64,000 nt of DNA from Chthoniobacterales bacterium (GTDB lineage Bacteria > Verrucomicrobiota > Verrucomicrobiia > Chthoniobacterales > UBA10450). A model generated the notes under the pieces. The model saw only the letters and a program-made list of their open reading frames with translations. It had not been told where the DNA came from and did no database searches. The translations under genes and the position numbers were made by a program. The stretch is taken from NCBI GenBank assembly GCA_013821455.1, contig JACDGS010000013.1, forward strand, positions 16,904-80,903, given 5' to 3'. Positions 28,601 through 37,445 of this stretch are shown in pieces; the stretch's first letter is position 1; each line of letters opens with the position of its first letter.

Positions 28601-30066
28601 ATTGTGGCGCAATAGAGTACGATCATCGCCAAAACGCCCGCGATATAACTGGTGCGATCGGTCAGGGCGAAAACAACCGGGTCCTGTGGCACTTCTCCGC
28701 GGTTGGCTTTGAACCACAAGCGCGTGATCCAATAGAGAAAAAGCGGACAGAGAAGGAGCAGCAGAGTCGGCCGGCGATAAAGCAAACGGACTTCCGGACT
28801 CATGACATAAAGGACGAGAACGAGGACGGAGATCATGCCGCTTGCGACCCCGAAGGTTCCGATCGGTTCGAGGTCGGAGCGCAGATAGCCACGGGCCGCG
28901 ACAGGCACACCTTCGCGCGTGGTGAGAGAGCGTAACTCGGAATAGCGTTTCACCATCGCGAGGCCGAAAAAGAAAAAGACCGAGAAGGCAAGTAGCCAAT
29001 CAGAAACGCCGATGCCTGTGGCCGCTCCGCCTGCGAGTAGCCGCAAGGTGTAAAAGCAGGCGAGCACGACGACGTCGAGCATAACGACGCGCTTTAGCCA
29101 GGTAGAGTAAGCAATGTTACTTGCGAGATAGATACTACAGATAGCGAGAAATGTTACGCCGCCGAAATAACCTACGCTAAGTCCAGCGAGCAGCAGGCAT
29201 AGACATAGGATGGTAGCTACCGGGATAGGAATTCTACCCGAGGCGAGCGGACGCAGCCGCTTAGTCACATGCGCGCGATCTGCTTCCAAGTCGAGCATGT
29301 CATTTAACAAGTAAACGCCGGACGCAAGCAGGCAGAAGGCGACAAATGCGCCCGCCGCCGAAAGGAGAGCATGAGGGTTGGTCAGTTGATGCGCGGTAAG
29401 AACCGGGACAAAGACGAGGATGTTCTTGGCCCATTGATGCGGGCGGCAGGCGGCGATCAGGGCGGTGAGTCGGCCTTCGCTTTTGGGGAAGCTCTTCTCG
29501 ACCGGCGCGACGGAGTTCACAGCGGCAATGAAGCGTTTACTATTCGAAACCACAACAGCTCTTCGCGCCAGTCGCCAAACGGCGAGATCGGCGGATGAGT
29601 CTCCTGCATAATCGAAACCTCCCTGGCCAAAGCGTTCTTCGAGCTTTTGTGCCTTTACCGTTCCTTTGAGATTGATCGCGCCGTTGCTGGCGATAATCTC
29701 GCTAAAGAGTGAGAGGTGCTCCTGGACCTTGCGCGCAATCGATTCATCCGCCGCCGTGACCAGGATAAGTCTGCGGCCGCGCTCCTGTTCAGATTGCAGA
29801 TAGGAAAGCAAATCGCTCCGGTAAGGCAGGCCAGCGACAGCAAAGGCTACGCGACGGCCAGCCTCTTGCTTGACGTAGGCTCTACCTTTAACCAGCCAGA
29901 GAGGAATGAGCGCGAGCGACCATGGGGAATGTTTGAGCAAAAGAAGGAACGTTTCGTAAAGAAGATCCGTGCGCAGGAGAGTGTCATCGAGATCGACACA
30001 GAGCGGCGGCTCCTGACGCGCAAGGGAGTCATCAGATGTTGCAGCAGGCCTTGGCAGGTCACTCAT
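28597..30066 (-). CDS. HAD-phosphatase / UbiA-family polyprenyl-phosphate phosphoribosyltransferase-like fusion
   Basis: N-terminal HAD motif I CVDLDDTLLRTD. The C-terminal 8-9 TM UbiA domain has NDMLDLEADRAHVTKRLRPLASG, very close to the NDxxDxxxDRxHPxKRxRPIAxG signature of decaprenyl-phosphate phosphoribosyltransferases. Confidence 0.8.
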   Translation of the reverse strand: MSDLPRPAATSDDSLARQEPPLCVDLDDTLLRTDLLYETFLLLLKHSPWSLALIPLWLVKGRAYVKQEAGRRVAFAVAGLPYRSDLLSYLQSEQERGRRLILVTAADESIARKVQEHLSLFSEIIASNGAINLKGTVKAQKLEERFGQGGFDYAGDSSADLAVWRLARRAVVVSNSKRFIAAVNSVAPVEKSFPKSEGRLTALIAACRPHQWAKNILVFVPVLTAHQLTNPHALLSAAGAFVAFCLLASGVYLLNDMLDLEADRAHVTKRLRPLASGRIPIPVATILCLCLLLAGLSVGYFGGVTFLAICSIYLASNIAYSTWLKRVVMLDVVVLACFYTLRLLAGGAATGIGVSDWLLAFSVFFFFGLAMVKRYSELRSLTTREGVPVAARGYLRSDLEPIGTFGVASGMISVLVLVLYVMSPEVRLLYRRPTLLLLLCPLFLYWITRLWFKANRGEVPQDPVVFALTDRTSYIAGVLAMIVLYCATI

Positions 30067-31700
30067 CCGCGGCGACGCTAGCAGAGAAAGCCATCGTGCA
30101 AAAACAATCCTATTACTTCATGATCGGCGCCGCCGCTTTGGTCGTGGGCGCGTTGGCGGTGACGAATCAGAGTCTTTGGATAGATGAAGGCGCCGCGGCT
30201 TTGAAGGCGATGGAAGCAACCTTGCCCGCTTGGTGGCATAACTTGCTCGGCGAAGGTAACTCGAATCTGCAGTTGCTCGGAGAACTGCTCTATCTCTGGG
30301 GTTGGGAGAAGATTTTCGGCTCGTCGGAGGTGGCGTTGCGCGCTTCGAACATTCCATTTTTCGCCGGTGGAGTTACAGCGCTGGCGTGGGGATTTTCGCG
30401 CCAGCGCGCGCGGCAAAACGCCATCGTGCTTCTCGGCCTAACGAATGCGTTTCTTTGGTATTACTTGAGTGAGGCGCGACCCTATGTGGTTCTATTCTGC
30501 TTCGCCTCGATTATGGCCGCGTGCCTTTTCCGGCTCTTCCACGAGGAGTTAGACGAAGAGAATGCTAGGAGCTATCTCTCAAAGAGACGAGCGTGTCATC
30601 CCGAGCGGAGCGATGGACCTCACATGCGTCTCTCGGCATCGTTACAGGGAGAATCGAAAAACGCTTGGGGAGTCCTTCGCCGCGCTCTGCCGGCTCAGGA
30701 TGACAAGTCTATTTGTGAAATCGCTGCTCGTCGTTGGTTTGCTCTTTTCTGCATAGGAGTTATCGGGCTTTGCGCGACGAGCCTGATCGCTGTGCCATGG
30801 GCGTTGGGCGCAATGGGCGCAGTCATATATTGGAAAGGAGTGCGCGGCACTCTCAACTGCGCTCTGCGTTCCAAATTATGGTCGGGTTTGTTGATAGTAT
30901 GTCTCGGCCTCCTCGGTCTCTACTATCTCTGGACGCTACAGATTGGCGCGCGCGCCTCTGGTGTCGGGCGCACGAGCTGGAGTAATGTCGGCTATATCTT
31001 TTACGAACTGTCTGGCCTGGCCGGGTTAGGCCCCGGAAGACTAAGTCTCCGCGCGCAGGGGATGAGTGAACTGGCGCCTTTTCTACCGCAGCTTGCTGTT
31101 GGCGCGGCGGCTATCCTTCTTCTCTCGCTCTCAGGCTTTATCGCGGTAAAGGATCGATTACGGAAGCGGCACATCCTAGGTCTTATCATCGCAATCGCGC
31201 TGCCGTTCGCATTGGTTTTCGGTGCTGGCGTTACGGGACATATGCGATTGCTTGGGCGACATCTCACTCCACTTCTTCCCTACCTGCTCGCCCTTATGGC
31301 TCTCGGAGCAGCTCATCTATTCGCAGCACCGGCTATGTGGAAGAGAGCCATGGCTACTGCCGCGATATGTCTTCTTCTCTTCTCTTCTTTGCAGATTCGG
31401 CTCGCGCAGCGGCATCGGCGCGATGACTACCGCTCGGCGGCAATGTTCGCGCGGCAGGCTATCGCTTCCGGAGAAACAGTTTGGTGGCTGGCCGATGTGA
31501 GTACTGGATTGTATTATCAAGTCCCGATAGGTAGTCCGGGAGTCAGCACCTCGCCCGAAAACTCACCCGATCTCGTGCTTCTCTCGAAACCGGATACCTA
31601 TGACTCATCCGGCGTGGCGCGCACTTATCTCGCGCAGCACGAGTTCAAAGAGGTGAAAGTGCTACCAGCTTTTCAGATTTTTTCGCGCGTTTGGCGTTAG
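30036..31700 (+). CDS. GT-C fold membrane glycosyltransferase (GT39/ArnT/PMT_2-like)
   Basis: Many TM helices. First-loop motif NQSLWIDEGAAAL is the SLWxDE pattern of GT-C enzymes. The track start overlaps the divergent gene, so GTG 30096 or ATG 30120 is the likelier start. Contains a repeat element in frame (30594..30705). Confidence 0.65.
   Translation: MLQQALAGHSSAATLAEKAIVQKQSYYFMIGAAALVVGALAVTNQSLWIDEGAAALKAMEATLPAWWHNLLGEGNSNLQLLGELLYLWGWEKIFGSSEVALRASNIPFFAGGVTALAWGFSRQRARQNAIVLLGLTNAFLWYYLSEARPYVVLFCFASIMAACLFRLFHEELDEENARSYLSKRRACHPERSDGPHMRLSASLQGESKNAWGVLRRALPAQDDKSICEIAARRWFALFCIGVIGLCATSLIAVPWALGAMGAVIYWKGVRGTLNCALRSKLWSGLLIVCLGLLGLYYLWTLQIGARASGVGRTSWSNVGYIFYELSGLAGLGPGRLSLRAQGMSELAPFLPQLAVGAAAILLLSLSGFIAVKDRLRKRHILGLIIAIALPFALVFGAGVTGHMRLLGRHLTPLLPYLLALMALGAAHLFAAPAMWKRAMATAAICLLLFSSLQIRLAQRHRRDDYRSAAMFARQAIASGETVWWLADVSTGLYYQVPIGSPGVSTSPENSPDLVLLSKPDTYDSSGVARTYLAQHEFKEVKVLPAFQIFSRVWR
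30594..30705. mobile_element. MITE/REP-like inverted-repeat element (GTCATCC...GGATGAC family) inside the GT-C coding sequence
   Basis: tgtcatcccgagcggagcgatggacctc (30594..30621) and ctcaggatgaca (30694..30705) are terminal inverted repeats of the family also seen at 47447..47584 and 59943..59981. The ORF stays open and encodes CHPERSDGPHMRLSASLQGESKNAWGVLRRALPAQDDKS. Confidence 0.7.
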
Positions 31701-32376
31701 CCGGCTCTTTGGAAATCTCGGGGAAAATCTGGCGGATAAAGTCCTGAATCATCGTATCAGTCTGGGCTTCCGATCGTCCAAATAAGGTTAGACCTTCTGT
31801 GATATCGGACGCGACCGTGATGTAGGCCCAGCGCTGGTTATAACCTTTCAAGACGCGGTCTTTCACGTCGAACATCTCTCGCTCGATGTGCGAGGCAGTA
31901 AGATGATGATAACCCACGAACCAATAGTAGTTGAGGTTATAAAGTGAAATCATTTTGCCATCACGCAGTGGAACCTGGCGGACATCGTGCAGCCGCGTGA
32001 CCCCTAGCTTCTGTCCGGCTGCGATGGGTATTTTTAACTTAGTGGTGTCCGCGATGGTCCAGCCTTGCGCGGGGAGACAACGCTCCGGACGATGAATGCT
32101 GTTATCGAGATCGGCGCCGGAGAGAACGATCGAGACAAAGATAGAGTTACCCGAAGCGTCGGTGTAAACCTTGCGCGCGAACTCAGTGTCGCCCGCCAGG
32201 ACTTCCAACTCCCGCGTGCTGATCTGCTGATCGGTGCCATACCATTTCCCGACGAACTGCGGAAGGTCGAGATTGATGCCCGCAGGCTGGGAGTGAGTAG
32301 CAACCGGAAGAAGAAAGATGGCGCTAAGTCCTACTCCAACGAAAAGCAAAAGCACTGTCAGGCGCTTAGTAGTCAT
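31645..32376 (-). CDS. exosortase-associated EpsI family protein
   Basis: N-terminal TM anchor and the HRPERCLPAQGW motif typical of EpsI. Overlaps the exosortase gene by 11 nt. Confidence 0.75.
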   Translation of the reverse strand: MTTKRLTVLLLFVGVGLSAIFLLPVATHSQPAGINLDLPQFVGKWYGTDQQISTRELEVLAGDTEFARKVYTDASGNSIFVSIVLSGADLDNSIHRPERCLPAQGWTIADTTKLKIPIAAGQKLGVTRLHDVRQVPLRDGKMISLYNLNYYWFVGYHHLTASHIEREMFDVKDRVLKGYNQRWAYITVASDITEGLTLFGRSEAQTDTMIQDFIRQIFPEISKEPANAKRAKKSEKLVALSPL

Positions 32377-33331
32377 AGACGATCTCTTCTTTTTCCCGCA
32401 GTGCTTTTTTGCCGAGCCGTTTTCGGTAATCGATATTGAGGAGCCGGCTGAAGCCTAACATGCAAAGGAGCGCGATAGGAAAGAAGATCAACTGACTCGA
32501 CCAGTCATGATAAATGCCGCCGGCAAACTTAGGGAAGCCAAGATGGCCCAGAAGGATGATGGTAAAGATGCGCCCCGCGTTCCCTACGATCGCGAAAAGG
32601 ACGGAGGCGAGCAGGATAACTATCTTTTTCCAGATCTTCTTCTCACATAAGTGCACATAGACCGCCGTGAGCATGATCATGGCAATAAGGGAGCGGATGC
32701 CGCTGCAGCCTTCGGCGATTTCGAAGCCCCAATCGCCGTGCACAGGATGAATTGAAGTGCCTACGGTGTAGAGACCGATGCCGCAAAGGCCACTCAGGAC
32801 CTTCACCGCACCGATGATAAGGAATTGTAAGTTGAAGGTTGTTTGCTCGAGGGCGCCGAGCGGGATCATGAAGAGAAGGAGTGCGATCGGGAAGCGTAGG
32901 ATGCGCGCCATGTCCCTGCCCCAGAGATAGAGAACCATACCGTAAACTAGGAAAGGAAAACCAAAGAGAGCTACCCGCGGTTGAAAAGCGCGTGCAGCTA
33001 CGACGTAAAAGAAGACACCGAGCCCGATGAAGATAAGTCCAAGGTTGCTGCCGGCGACATGGGCGCGCCGGATACGGTCGCGATGATACCAAACCAGGAA
33101 TAGGACCAGGAACGGGATGAGCTTGCTATGTTCCTGGTTGTATTGTGGGAGGAAACGCAGCCAGGCCCACTCCCAGATCGGCTGGGATTGGTTCGCGTAA
33201 AGGCGGAGGTACCCGAAGAAGTAAATGACTGTCCCGGTAATAGCCGCGAGCAGAAAGGCTTGCAGAGGACGGCTCCTGATCCAGTTAAGCAGGGAGCGCA
33301 GGAAGCCGCCGAGTTCGGTGATCTGCTCCAT
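32366..33331 (-). CDS. exosortase (EpsH/Xrt family)
   Basis: 321-aa polytopic membrane protein with the catalytic-Cys motif AEGCSGIRSL. Paired with EpsI, and PEP-CTERM substrates are present in the window. Confidence 0.85.
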   Translation of the reverse strand: MEQITELGGFLRSLLNWIRSRPLQAFLLAAITGTVIYFFGYLRLYANQSQPIWEWAWLRFLPQYNQEHSKLIPFLVLFLVWYHRDRIRRAHVAGSNLGLIFIGLGVFFYVVAARAFQPRVALFGFPFLVYGMVLYLWGRDMARILRFPIALLLFMIPLGALEQTTFNLQFLIIGAVKVLSGLCGIGLYTVGTSIHPVHGDWGFEIAEGCSGIRSLIAMIMLTAVYVHLCEKKIWKKIVILLASVLFAIVGNAGRIFTIILLGHLGFPKFAGGIYHDWSSQLIFFPIALLCMLGFSRLLNIDYRKRLGKKALREKEEIVYDY

Positions 33332-33467
33332 TAAGAGTCGATTTTACGGCGTCGCGACGATTGGTGCAATGAATCGTTCGGCCGCCGGCCGCTCGTGCCT
33401 AACAAGTTATGCGTTCGGGGAACAACCTTTGCGACTCCACGGCGGTGACAAACCGCCGCTCCTTGAC

Positions 33468-33893
33468 TTATTCGACGACTTCGAGGCCCATCTGACGGGC
33501 GGTGCCGGCAATGATCTTGAAGCCGGCTTCGTCAGTGCGTGAGTTCAGGTCTTTGGCCTTCGTCTTCACGATGTCCATGATCTGTTTGCGCGTGACTTTG
33601 CCGACCTTGGTCTTGTTAGGTTCCTTCGAGCCGGCAGCGATGTTAGCGGCCTTCTTAAGCAGAACCGCGGCGGGCGGGCTCTTCGTGATAAAGGTAAAAG
33701 ACTTGTCCTTAAAGACCGTTATCACGACCGGAAGAATGTCACCGGCCTGCTTCTGGGTGGCGGCGTTAAACTCTTTGCAGAAGGCCATGATATTCACGCC
33801 GCGCGGTCCAAGCGCGGTGCCGACGGGCGGCGCGGGGTTGGCCTGGCCGGCTGGGATCTGCAGTTTGATGTGGGCGACGATTTCTTTAGCCAT
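33468..33893 (-). CDS. rplK: 50S ribosomal protein L11
   Basis: [44 protein letters not shown] is canonical L11. Confidence 0.95.
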   Translation of the reverse strand: MAKEIVAHIKLQIPAGQANPAPPVGTALGPRGVNIMAFCKEFNAATQKQAGDILPVVITVFKDKSFTFITKSPPAAVLLKKAANIAAGSKEPNKTKVGKVTRKQIMDIVKTKAKDLNSRTDEAGFKIIAGTARQMGLEVVE

Positions 33894-34003
33894 GATTAAA
33901 TTTTCTTAGACAGGATTAAAGGGATTTACAGGATGGAAGAAAGAGAGAAGCGACCTGAAGAATTTTTAATCCTGTTAATCTTGTAAATCCTGTCTGTCTT
34001 TCG

Positions 34004-34573
34004 TTAGCCGCGTTCGACTTGCCAATACTCTAACTCTACCGGTGTCGCGCGGCCGAAGATGGTAACTGAGACACGGAGCTTGCCGCGTTCGGGATCGATC
34101 TCTTCCACGATGCCGCTTTGGTTTTGGAAAGGGCCGTCCGCCACCTTTACGGTCTCGCCGACCTCGAAGCTTACTTTCGGTTTGACCTTCTCTTCACGCT
34201 CACGCATTTGCGCGAGCATGTTATCGACTTCCGATTGCCGCATTGGGATCGGGCGATCCTTGGTTCCGGCGAAGCCGATGACGCCGGCCGTTTCGCGGAT
34301 GAAATACCAGGTGCGACCGATGAGTTGATTCTCCTCGTCGAGCAGGTGCATGTTGACGATGAGATAACCCGGGAAAAACTTTCGCGTTGTCTCACTCTTC
34401 TTGCCACGTTTGATCTCCGAGACGCGCTCGGTCGGAACGAGAACTTCATACACGACGTCACTCATCTCTTCGGTTTTGACGCGCTTCTCGATGTTGTCGC
34501 GTACTTTGTTCTCCTGCCCGGAGAGGACGTGCACGACGTACCATTGATCTTTTGCGGCGAGGACGTGAGCCAT
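34004..34573 (-). CDS. nusG: transcription termination/antitermination factor NusG
   Basis: WYVVHVLSGQENKV, FPGYLIV, and the KOW region GETVKVADGPFQNQSGIVEEIDPERGKLRV. Confidence 0.95.
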   Translation of the reverse strand: MAHVLAAKDQWYVVHVLSGQENKVRDNIEKRVKTEEMSDVVYEVLVPTERVSEIKRGKKSETTRKFFPGYLIVNMHLLDEENQLIGRTWYFIRETAGVIGFAGTKDRPIPMRQSEVDNMLAQMREREEKVKPKVSFEVGETVKVADGPFQNQSGIVEEIDPERGKLRVSVTIFGRATPVELEYWQVERG

Positions 34574-34574
34574 T

Positions 34575-34790
34575 TTACAAGCGAGTAAGGAAGTGAATCA
34601 CGGCAACGAGAATGAAATCGAAAAGCGCGACGTATCCGCCCAGGAGAAGCATGGCGACGATGACGACAATGGTAGAATCAGTCAGCTCCTTGTAGCGCTT
34701 CATCCCCTTCTGCTTCGGGTCCCAGGGCCAGGAGGCTTTCTGTAACTCGAGCCGTACTTCGGAGAAGAAGTTTTTGGTGCGCGCGATCAT
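34575..34790 (-). CDS. secE: preprotein translocase subunit SecE
   Basis: 71 aa. FFSEVRLELQKASWP plus a single C-terminal TM, in the canonical position between tRNA-Trp and nusG. Confidence 0.85.
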   Translation of the reverse strand: MIARTKNFFSEVRLELQKASWPWDPKQKGMKRYKELTDSTIVVIVAMLLLGGYVALFDFILVAVIHFLTRL

Positions 34791-34809
34791 TGCCTAACGA
34801 GTATAAGTC

Positions 34810-34882
34810 CACGCCAGGAGGGACTCGAACCCCCAACCGACGGTTTTGGAGACCGCAACTCTACCAATTGAGCTACTGGCGT
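34810..34882 (-). tRNA. tRNA-Trp (anticodon CCA)
   Basis: Minus-strand read: ACGCCAG-TA-GCTCAATTGGTAGAGT-T-GCGGT-CTCCAAA-ACCGT-CGGTT-GGGGGTTCGAGTCCCTC-CTGGCGT-G. It folds as a cloverleaf by hand and sits in the canonical tuf/secE position. Confidence 0.9.
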
Positions 34883-34896
34883 AAATTTTATTCCTG

Positions 34897-34966
34897 CTCC
34901 TACTCTTGCTCCTGCTCCTACTCTTTCCCCGCTCGCTGAGATCAGGAGCAGGAGCAAGAGCAGGAG
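34897..34966 (-). terminator. long hairpin between tuf and tRNA-Trp (terminator or processing structure)
   Basis: ctcctactcttgctcctgctcct (34897..34919) pairs with aggagcaggagcaagagcaggag (34944..34966) at 22 of 23 positions. On the transcribed strand it is followed by an A/U-rich tail (gaauaaaauuu). Confidence 0.5.
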
Positions 34967-34975
34967 AAAGAAGGG

Positions 34976-36160
34976 TTAGTCCAAAATTTCGCTCACGCGA
35001 CCCGCGCCCACGGTCTTACCACCTTCGCGAATAGCGAAGCGGATGGTCTTTTCCATGGCAATGGGTGTGCCGAGTTCGACTTCAACCGCGACGTTATCGC
35101 CGGGCATAACCATTTCCACGCCTTCGGCCAGCTTCACGCTGCCCGTGACGTCGGTCGTGCGGAAATAAAATTGCGGACGGTAGTTAGTGAAGAACGGCGT
35201 GTGACGGCCGCCTTCTTCCTTACTCAGGACATAAACCTCGGCTTTGAATTTCTTGTGCGGCTTGATCGAGCCCGGCTTGGCGATGACTTGCCCGCGCATG
35301 ACGTCTTCTTTCTTCACGCCACGCAGGAGCACGCCGACGTTGTCGCCCGCACGCGCTTCGTCGAGAAGCTTGCGGAACATTTCAATGTCAGTCGCTGTCG
35401 TCTTAGCAGTAGGAGTAAGGCCAACGATTTCGACTTCCTCCATTTTCTTGAGGATGCCGCGCTCGACACGACCGGTCGCGACGGTGCCGCGACCTTCAAT
35501 GTTGAACACGTCTTCCACCGGCATGAGGAAAGGCTGATCCACCGGACGCTCTGGCACGGGGATGTAATCATCGACCGCGGCGACCAGCGCGAGGATCTGC
35601 GCTTCCTGTTCGGGATCGCCATTCAGAGCCTTAAGGGCGCTGCCTTTTACGATCGGAATGCTGTCGCCCGGAAACTCGTACTGCGTGAGAAGGTCACGCA
35701 CTTCCATCTCAACGAGATCGAGAAGCTCGGGATCGTCGACCATGTCCACCTTATTCAGGAAAACGACGATCGACGGCACACCGACTTGGCGCGCGAGCAG
35801 GATGTGCTCACGGGTTTGCGGCATCGGACCATCAGCCGCGCTGACGACGAGAATGGCGCCGTCCATCTGTGCAGCGCCGGTGATCATGTTCTTCACATAA
35901 TCGGCGTGGCCCGGGCAATCGACGTGGGCGTAGTGGCGCTTTTCGCTCTGATACTCAACGTGCGCTGTTGAGATCGTGATACCGCGCTCTTTTTCTTCCG
36001 GTGCTGCGTCGATCGAATCATAGGCGCGCGCCTGGGCAAAGCCCTTCTTGGCGAGCACGGTGGTGATCGCGGCGGTGAGAGTAGTCTTGCCGTGATCGAC
36101 GTGACCGATTGTGCCGACGTTCACGTGCGGCTTATTGCGTTCGAACTTATCCTTAGCCAT
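34976..36160 (-). CDS. tuf: elongation factor Tu
   Basis: 394 aa. [31 protein letters not shown] and full-length EF-Tu-like sequence. Confidence 0.97.
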   Translation of the reverse strand: MAKDKFERNKPHVNVGTIGHVDHGKTTLTAAITTVLAKKGFAQARAYDSIDAAPEEKERGITISTAHVEYQSEKRHYAHVDCPGHADYVKNMITGAAQMDGAILVVSAADGPMPQTREHILLARQVGVPSIVVFLNKVDMVDDPELLDLVEMEVRDLLTQYEFPGDSIPIVKGSALKALNGDPEQEAQILALVAAVDDYIPVPERPVDQPFLMPVEDVFNIEGRGTVATGRVERGILKKMEEVEIVGLTPTAKTTATDIEMFRKLLDEARAGDNVGVLLRGVKKEDVMRGQVIAKPGSIKPHKKFKAEVYVLSKEEGGRHTPFFTNYRPQFYFRTTDVTGSVKLAEGVEMVMPGDNVAVEVELGTPIAMEKTIRFAIREGGKTVGAGRVSEILD

Positions 36161-36235
36161 CTGGAATTCTCCTTGGGTTTCTTAGTCTTGCTGCTGTCTT
36201 TTCGTTAGGTGTTTTGGGCCGGCCGCGAACTCATC

Positions 36236-36311
<76 letters not shown>

Positions 36312-36531
36312 CGCTGTTCATTTCGAGTTCGCCCCCGCCAACGCGGGACAAACCGGTCCGCTTCCCGTCGTTAGAAGCGAAAGTCCCAAGGCCGGTCAAC
36401 AATTTGAACGACCATGGGACTTTTCCTCGTTCTTCGAAAAAGCGGGGGCAAGCTAACCGCCCGCCCTCACCTGTCAAAGACAATTTCCGTGCTTCCGCGG
36501 CCTCGGTACTCGCGGCCCGAATGCGCTTCAC

Positions 36532-37365
36532 CTAGTCGTAGGTGGAGGGTGATTTCTTCTTCGCCATGACCACGATGATAATGATGATCACGAGCAAAGC
36601 GCCGACACCGAGACCGATGTTGAGCGGCGTAAGAAGCGAGGGCGCGGCGGGAGCCGGAGTCGGCGCGGGAGGCGCTGTCGTCGGCGCCGGCGCCGGGGGA
36701 GGCGGAGCGGCCTGCGCCATTTTATCGTTCACAAATTGCAGACGCTGGGTCGCAGCGGGATCACCCGGTTTTAAGCTCAACACTTTCTCGAGATCGGGCT
36801 TGGCCTTCTCGAACTGCGTCATCGTCACGTACACATCCGCCCGCCGATTGTAGGCATCAACGTCGTCAGGTTTCTTCTCCAGGCTCGTGGTGTAATCCTG
36901 GATCGCTTCGTCGAACTTTTCCTGATGATATTGCGTCAGTCCCCGACGGTAATAAGCCTCGGCATCGTTCGGATTGAGCTCGATTGCTTTATTGAGATCG
37001 GCGAGCGCCGGGTCGTATTGGTTCTGCGCCAGCTCGGTTTTCCCGCGCTCGAAATAGCCCGGTTCGTTATTAGCATCCATCTCGATCGCCTTGGCGAAAT
37101 CAGCGACCGCCTCCGGCATTTTGTTCGCCGCCCGATAGACGCGGCCGCGATCCAAATAAAAGCGCGGGTCCTTGACACTCGCATTAATGGCGAGCGTGAA
37201 CTCCGCGATCGCTTCGTCATACTTGCCGGCCTGCGCCAGTGCATTCCCGTTGTTTCCATGCTTCGCCGCTTCCGGCGAAACAGCGAGGAGAGCCCCGTGA
37301 AAAGTGAACAAAAAAATCGTCGCGCTGGCCGCGACTTTGCTGAGTCGATTGGATGAGTAGTGCAT
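36532..37365 (-). CDS. TPR-repeat protein with Pro/Ala-rich linker and C-terminal TM anchor
   Basis: Signal-like N-terminus and five or more TPR units (e.g. AIAEFTLAINASVKDPRFYLDRGRVY). PPPPAPAPTTAPPAPTPAPAAP followed by IGLGVGALLVIIIIIVVMA. Confidence 0.8.
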   Translation of the reverse strand: MHYSSNRLSKVAASATIFLFTFHGALLAVSPEAAKHGNNGNALAQAGKYDEAIAEFTLAINASVKDPRFYLDRGRVYRAANKMPEAVADFAKAIEMDANNEPGYFERGKTELAQNQYDPALADLNKAIELNPNDAEAYYRRGLTQYHQEKFDEAIQDYTTSLEKKPDDVDAYNRRADVYVTMTQFEKAKPDLEKVLSLKPGDPAATQRLQFVNDKMAQAAPPPPAPAPTTAPPAPTPAPAAPSLLTPLNIGLGVGALLVIIIIIVVMAKKKSPSTYD

Positions 37366-37445
37366 TTTGATTCCTGGTAGAATTACGTTTCTCCGCGATC
37401 AATCGCTTGTAGGCCAGCAAATTAAACTCTCGTTCTTCGCTTTCC

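Noticed and set aside
33332-33467. Possible terminator after rplK (cggcgg-tgacaaa-ccgccg around 33441..33459)
   Set aside because: Only a 6-bp stem and no U-tract on the transcribed strand. Too weak to annotate.
35171-35971. 266-aa plus-strand ORF and other ORFs inside 34976..36160
   Set aside because: Antisense or alternate-frame ORFs within tuf, whose identity is unambiguous.
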